DNA from: a virus
Reading direction: 5' to 3' (one strand)
Length of the DNA stretch: 64,000 nucleotides
Virus record (IMG/VR): IMGVR_UViG_3300037549_000096
Both the position numbers and the translations under genes were made by a program. Shown here piece by piece: positions 60,597-64,000 of this stretch; within the stretch, counting starts at the first letter, position 1, and each line of letters opens with the position of its first letter. Under the pieces are notes generated by a model, which made no database searches, was not told the DNA's origin, and saw nothing but the letters and a program-made list of their open reading frames with translations.

Positions 60597-60673
60597 TGGT
60601 GGAACTGATGGGACTCGAACCCATGACCCTCGCATTAAAAGTGCGATGCTGCTACCAACTGAGCTACAGTTCC
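60597..60673 (-). tRNA. tRNA-Lys(UUU)
   Basis: Cloverleaf; anticodon loop CTTTTAA; GGTTCGAGTCC; encoded CCA. Confidence 0.95.
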
Positions 60674-60679
60674 GAATTT

Positions 60680-60950
60680 TAATTAATAATTCTCTTTTTA
60701 CGTAACGCACGAATCTGTTATTCCCAACGCTCTACCCTATTCTTGCGGCTAAGGGAATCTGATTAAATGTGGCCGTTTTAGATACCGACTGTCGTACCAG
60801 CAATATCTTAGGAAAGAAACGGCCAAACCAAACGGCTCTAGAACCGTGTGCCTTTTTATAACGTTCATCAACCAAAGGCCATAAAACGTTGATTGAACGA
60901 TTTGACACAGCTACAAAGAACATTGTCTTTATAGGTTACGTGTCAAATAT
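60680..60950 (-). ncRNA. unassigned structured RNA (element A)
   Basis: Several long stems found by hand (see findings). Confidence 0.5.
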
Positions 60951-60952
60951 CG

Positions 60953-61468
60953 TTATTCTGGAGGCCAACTACCATTATTTAAACCAAAAGCGCATTCTCG
61001 AATCGTATTAATAATTCGATCAGATAATTTTTGTTGAAAACCATCTGTAATCAAAACCGGCATATGCCATTGATTAATACCACATTTAAAATTAAGTTTA
61101 TCTCTATATTTTGTATCTGTCAATTCGGTTAAATCTTTGCGAAGATAATATTCGGAAGAAGCATTAATACGAAGTTTAATCAAACCGTTTGCATCAATAA
61201 TAATTCCATACCAACGTCCATTACCTACACTTTGTCCAATAACAGCGGCATATAAAATCATTCTTATACCTGCGTTATGAACAATAGGATTAATCTTTTT
61301 AAAGATATATACACCTTCTGTTTCTGTCTTTGCGAAAACCAACTGATCATTTTCTTCTAGTTCTACTAGAAGTGGAGGAAGCGTAACTCTCCTTCCTTTT
61401 GTAACGTTTGCTCTATTTAGTTTTGTTGGTGTGAAGTTTGGGATCATCCCGACTCTGTTTTTGATCAT
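60953..61468 (-). CDS. hypothetical protein, possible AbrB-like N-terminus
   Basis: VTKGRRVTLP...LEENDQLVF. Confidence 0.55.
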   Translation of the reverse strand: MIKNRVGMIPNFTPTKLNRANVTKGRRVTLPPLLVELEENDQLVFAKTETEGVYIFKKINPIVHNAGIRMILYAAVIGQSVGNGRWYGIIIDANGLIKLRINASSEYYLRKDLTELTDTKYRDKLNFKCGINQWHMPVLITDGFQQKLSDRIINTIRECAFGLNNGSWPPE

Positions 61469-61493
61469 ATAAGCTATGATCGCGCTGTCAGCT

Positions 61494-61748
61494 TTATTGC
61501 TGATCTTCTCCTATTCGATATACATTTAATTTTGGCGTAGATGGTTCATGGTATTGTTTTTTAGTTAATTCAAAATAATGATCGGATAACATTCTTGTAG
61601 TCACTTCATTAATTACTGCAAATTCTTCAGGAGACATAATAGTAGAAATTTCACCAATTCCTAAAATATTTAGTCTCAACTGATAATCATTTTGAGTAAT
61701 ATGAAGATTATTACCTAATAAAACACAAAATTCTAATGGCTTTTCCAT
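61494..61748 (-). CDS. hypothetical protein
   Basis: AAGGAG RBS. Confidence 0.65.
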   Translation of the reverse strand: MEKPLEFCVLLGNNLHITQNDYQLRLNILGIGEISTIMSPEEFAVINEVTTRMLSDHYFELTKKQYHEPSTPKLNVYRIGEDQQ

Positions 61749-61762
61749 ATAACTCCTTAAGA

Positions 61763-62035
61763 TAGAGGGCAGAATCTACACGCCTCATTCTGCGGTTTCC
61801 CATTTTTCGGCGTAGTTCCAAAATGTTTACCCTGTCAGTAAACATTAAGTGTAGCAGGGAAATTCTTTTGCCTTTTATCGAGGTTGATAGGAAGGATTGC
61901 GAATCCACCTTATGATAAGCAAGTAACAATCGCCATTGTTACGCCAAATGAAATCATATCAAATGGTCTACTTATTCTCGCCTAGTTTAATACTGCGTAG
62001 ATACTAGGAAACTACTGTTTAGGTCTTATATCCAA
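61763..62035 (-). ncRNA. unassigned structured RNA (element B)
   Basis: Hairpins with complementary loop partners. Confidence 0.5.
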
Positions 62036-62050
62036 TCTAGGAATGCCTAT

Positions 62051-62126
62051 TGGATGAGGGACTTGGACTCGAACCAAGGAAAAGCAGGATCAAAACCTGC
62101 CGCGTTAACCACTCCGCCATCCCCCA
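62051..62126 (-). tRNA. tRNA-Gln(UUG)
   Basis: U1-A72; GCAGG-TTTTGAT-CCTGC; T arm; encoded CCA. Confidence 0.95.
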
Positions 62127-62323
62127 ACGTTAAAAGAACAGTTTTTCTTACTCTCGGATAAACTGAAAAACCTCAATCAGAGATATTTTAATTGGCTCTG
62201 ATTAGTTTCTTGTTTGCTACCCCCACGAAATAGCCTACGCACAATGTTCTATTAAAAAAGGCGCGATATGCTGTTTCCGACCAGAAGTAGCATACTCACT
62301 TCACGCATTCTCTAGGAATGCCT

Positions 62324-62511
62324 TGGAGATATTATGCTTAACGTGGATATAGTGGTTTTACCGTAAAGATGAACTACTTTTCCAACCAGTAAGGTAAGTA
62401 GCTGAAGGTTTTGTTCTATCTGGAGTGAAAGAAACCTACAAATAAGACTCCTTTCCGACTGAAACTTTGGTGGGCCATCGGAACACCACTCGAAGGTGGG
62501 TGCATAGTATC
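62324..62511 (-). ncRNA. 188-nt CCA-terminated pseudoknot-rich RNA (element C)
   Basis: Closing stem GATACTATGC/GCATAATATC plus TCCA. Confidence 0.55.
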
Positions 62512-62553
62512 AACCGCTTCTAGTTCTTGTTAAATAAGCTAGAAGGTTATGAT

Positions 62554-62979
62554 TGGTGGAGGTAGCGAGAGTCGAACTCGCGTCTTAGAAGTGCTTTGAG
62601 GTAATTCGTTCACAAGCTTAGTCTATTTTTATGACTGATTCTCTATATGGAAATTAGACAACCATATTCAAGAAACTAACAGATTATTCTGTCCTAGTAT
62701 ACTGTTATCAACTAGGCTATACTTCTTTACTTGCTTTCGATCAAGTCTACTAACAAGTCTTTAACGTGATGGTTATTGAAGACTAACCATTACACGCCTT
62801 CTTCTTTTGAAATTAAGCAGCCTTGAGAGCAACCATTTCAAAAGAAGGAACGAAGGAACCGAAGAAAGAAAATACATTCTTGGCGTTTAGTTTTTGATCG
62901 GCTTTTAACGCGGCCCACTGATCAACCTCGGCTTGCATTACGATCTTAGTTCACAACCAATCGAAACCGTGATACCCCC
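62554..62979 (-). ncRNA. ssrA: tmRNA
   Basis: GGGGGTA/TACCTCC-ACCA with G3.U70; T arm GCGAG-TTCGACT-CTCGC; tag frame 62813-62884 (AKNVFSFFGSFVPSFEMVALKAA*). Confidence 0.95.
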
Positions 62980-63021
62980 GTTTCCTATTCATAATTCACG
63001 AATCATGAATAGGGGTGTAAT

Positions 63022-63162
63022 TTAGTGCTTGTGCATCTTGCTGTGTCCCGCAACCCGATTCTTACCTTTGTAAGCCCCGGTACGAGTACGTTTGTGTCCT
63101 TCCTTCAGTTTCGACTTGTTGATCTTGTCGAATTTCTGAATTTTGTTTTTGTCGTAAGCCAT
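63022..63162 (-). CDS. 46-aa highly basic protein (not in ORF track)
   Basis: AAGGAGGT RBS; MAYDKNKIQKFDKINKSKLKEGHKRTRTGAYKGKNRVAGHSKMHKH. Confidence 0.75.
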   Translation of the reverse strand: MAYDKNKIQKFDKINKSKLKEGHKRTRTGAYKGKNRVAGHSKMHKH

Positions 63163-63232
63163 AGCTTACCTCCTTCATTTATAAAGCCAGAATTGGCTTC
63201 ATGAATGAAGTTTGTCGTATCTCTTTTTCATA

Positions 63233-63490
63233 TTACTCCTTTGGAAGTTTACGATCTACTTCAATTTCTACAACAATCAAACCAGAACCATCACAATCAT
63301 AAGTGATATAGAATTTCCAGTTTCCTTTTTTCATATCATCTGTTAAAGTGTGAATTTCTACATCATCCGATTCTCTTGCTGTTTCATAAGCTGAAATTTC
63401 GGCCCATTTCTTAGCTTTTTCTTCATCTGTAAAAATTTCCATATCCGAACCAGAATGTCTATCTTTCCAAATCACTCCAAATAGATTCAT
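63233..63490 (-). CDS. hypothetical protein
   Basis: ORF track. Confidence 0.65.
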   Translation of the reverse strand: MNLFGVIWKDRHSGSDMEIFTDEEKAKKWAEISAYETARESDDVEIHTLTDDMKKGNWKFYITYDCDGSGLIVVEIEVDRKLPKE

Positions 63491-63582
63491 TTTTATCCCG
63501 CTTTCTGCCCCTTCAAGTATTAAGCTTACGGGGTTTGGAAGGTGTATCGTTGTTGTGCCAACGACAACGAATTGAAAAAGAG

Positions 63583-63656
63583 CGCCTTTTGAGAGATTTG
63601 AACTCCCGATCTAGTGATTAACAGTCACTCGCTTTAAACCGCTAAGCTAAAAAGGC
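63583..63656 (-). tRNA. tRNA-Asn(GUU), CCA not encoded
   Basis: GCCTTTT/AAAAGGC acceptor, G73, loop CTGTTAA. Confidence 0.9.
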
Positions 63657-63675
63657 ATTTGTAACAGAAAAGAAA

Positions 63676-63751
63676 TGGTGGCCCCGCTGGGATTCAAACC
63701 CAGGACCAATCGGTTATGAGCCGATAGCTCTGATCGCTGAGCTACAGGGCC
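63676..63751 (-). tRNA. tRNA-Ile2(CAU, lysidine type); Met less likely
   Basis: GGCCCTG/CGGGGCC-ACCA with C4-G69 and C5-G68; loop CTCATAA. Confidence 0.85.
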
Positions 63752-63754
63752 ATA

Positions 63755-64000
63755 ATTTCTTCATTTAACCGTCATTACTAGATTCCACTAGCCTATTCAT
63801 TGAGTAATATCCTTCACCATGACAGCAAAGCCAATATAGGTTACGGTTGTGTGGAACTGTGAACCTTAACGTAGTTCCCTTGAAGTAATCATACTAACGA
63901 AAGATTCTGTTATGTGACAGTATCTTTAAAGAAACAAAAAGTTCAATTTCCACTTTACAGTCCGTAAAGGAACTTTCAAAGAAAATCGGACTTACTTGTT
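63755..64000 (-). ncRNA. unassigned structured RNA (element E), 5'-truncated by the window edge
   Basis: Nested stems and two potential H-type pseudoknots. Confidence 0.4.

Noticed and set aside
60495-60710. 71-aa ORF
   Set aside because: Runs through tRNA-Lys and its terminator
60732-60923. 63-aa ORF
   Set aside because: No RBS; lies within a heavily base-paired region better explained as RNA
61711-61929. 72-aa ORF
   Set aside because: Non-ATG start, no RBS, overlaps structured element B
63495-63575. Possible riboswitch-like pseudoknot over the RBS of 63233..63490 (CCTTC/GAAGG; CCCG/CGGG)
   Set aside because: Short pairings, no recognisable aptamer consensus
60550-64000. Known ribozymes (theta/HDV-like, hammerhead, pistol), RNase P, SRP or 6S RNA in tRNA spacers
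   Set aside because: Core consensus motifs not found by eye; not excluded without covariance-model searches
1-64000. Stop-codon reassignment, introns or inteins
   Set aside because: Genes are full length and densely packed in code 11; dnaE and terL are uninterrupted; no suppressor tRNA

Overview
An AT-rich 64-kb segment of a large tailed phage (Caudoviricetes, contractile tail likely) in the standard genetic code. No integrase, CRISPR array or host housekeeping context is visible. Layout: (1) 1-20.4 kb, minus strand, replication/recombination genes: DnaQ-like exonuclease, dCTP deaminase, beta-clamp, PD-(D/E)XK nuclease, RDF/annealase-like protein, RecD2, SMC/SbcC-like ATPase, primase-helicase, SNF2 and resolvase. 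(2) 20.5-33.4 kb, plus strand, terminase and head cluster: prohead protease, scaffold/internal proteins, decoration protein, major capsid protein, adaptor. (3) 33.4-52 kb, mostly minus strand, tail/portal cluster: tube, a sheath split into two genes plus a distant paralog of its N-half, neck, portal, fibres, a second SNF2 and two convergent glycosyltransferases. (4) dnaE, ssb, lysis-like membrane genes and an NYN RNase. (5) 60.5-64 kb RNA cluster with tRNA-Lys, -Gln, -Asn, -Ile2 and a tmRNA. Most notable: several unannotated, densely structured RNAs between the tRNAs, including a 188-nt pseudoknot-rich element closed by a stem ending in UCCA; a 46-aa basic ORF directly upstream of the tmRNA; and a pervasive hydrophobic-x-K-x-A/G motif in head proteins that looks like a protease cleavage or sorting code releasing amphipathic peptides. 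All calls come from manual motif reading and hand folding; no searches were run.
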